A stretch of 64,000 nt of DNA from Felis catus (Eukaryota), in assembly GCF_018350175.1 (NCBI RefSeq), contig NC_058383.1:14076001-14140000 (forward strand), in the 5' to 3' direction. The number at the start of each line of letters is the position of its first letter. Positions within the stretch are counted from its first letter, which is position 1. The translations under genes were made by a program, and so were the position numbers. Under the pieces are notes generated by a model. That model saw only the letters and a list, made by a program, of their open reading frames with translations. It did not search any database and was not told the DNA's origin. Shown one piece after another: positions 63,301 through 64,000 of the stretch.

Positions 63301-64000
63301 ATTCACCCGGGTTTTGTTCTGTGCCCCCTGGCAATGCTTGTCTTCCCTTAGCACCAAGGCGCCTTCCCTGACGAAGGCGACCTGTCATCTCAGAGCTCCT
63401 GAGCGTGATGGGAGTCTGTTTGGACCTGATATCTTAGTCTCCGAGAAGACAGGTTTCTGCAGTGTGCGGAAACTTTCCACAGCTTATGATTTCTTTCCTG
63501 ATCCTGTATGGTTGTCTTGCCCACATCTAATTGCACATGCCTTTACGTAGCCCTTTTTTATTTTCCCCTTGAGTCTTTCGAAAGCGTTCAACTTGGTTCT
63601 CACTCATAATGCCACCCATTTATGTAATTTAATAGAATTGTGTCATTCCGGTAACAAGCATGGCTGGCGCGAAGAGGTTTGGGAAAAACACAAGGGGCTG
63701 TTGGCAGGTATACAACTCAACTGGTAAGGGCAGAAGCAGAGGTGGGGGGGTGCCCCCCAGCCTGGTCAACCGCACGCTGGCACCTGTCTGCATCCGGCTC
63801 CACGGAGGTGATGGAGGGATGGTGGCCAGGCTGTCTGCGTGTCACTTAGAGAGCATCTATGGTTTGTTCGCTGTGATAAGTCAGGAAGCGGGGAACATCA
63901 GAAATGAGAAAATAAGACTTACAGCTCTGTAGCATTAAGATAAGGGCCTCTTCTTCCTTCCCTGTTAACATTCTTAACATCTTTAAGATCATGCTTGCAT

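Larger units (their letters stand above)
46146..64000 (+). other. GALNT17: GALNT17 intron 1 (5' part; continues beyond window)
   Basis: GT donor at 46146; no sequence encoding the expected continuation (GLSKSLGLIEG..., from memory) seen before window end. Confidence 0.85.

Noticed and set aside
1..64000. Prokaryote-style systems (CRISPR arrays, operons, defence islands)
   Set aside because: The sequence is mammalian; the recurring repeats are dispersed SINEs, not regularly spaced repeat-spacer arrays

Overview
Mammalian DNA from a felid (cat family), judged from about 59 tRNA-derived Can-SINE/SINEC_Fc-type elements and a young felid-type L1. The only protein-coding sequence I can support is coding exon 1 of GALNT17 (WBSCR17) on the + strand (45908-46145, donor ATG|GTAAGG). 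It lies in a ~2.2-kb CpG island and is followed by ~18 kb of intron 1. The upstream 43 kb is repeat-dense intergenic DNA: nested old L1s, a near-complete MaLR provirus, solo LTRs, MIR/L2, hAT relics and an internally deleted Tigger/pogo element with intact TIRs. Nearly all ORFs in the supplied track are SINE, L1 or GC-rich artefacts. I see no convincing novel multi-gene system. The most interesting unexplained signals are a 68-nt near-perfect hairpin inside a locally duplicated unique segment, three uORFs and an upstream splice donor in the GALNT17 leader, a candidate poison exon, a nested inverted SINE pair in intron 1, short unexplained duplications and enhancer-like AT-rich islands. Repeat subfamily names come from memory of consensus sequences, not a database search, and repeat boundaries are approximate.
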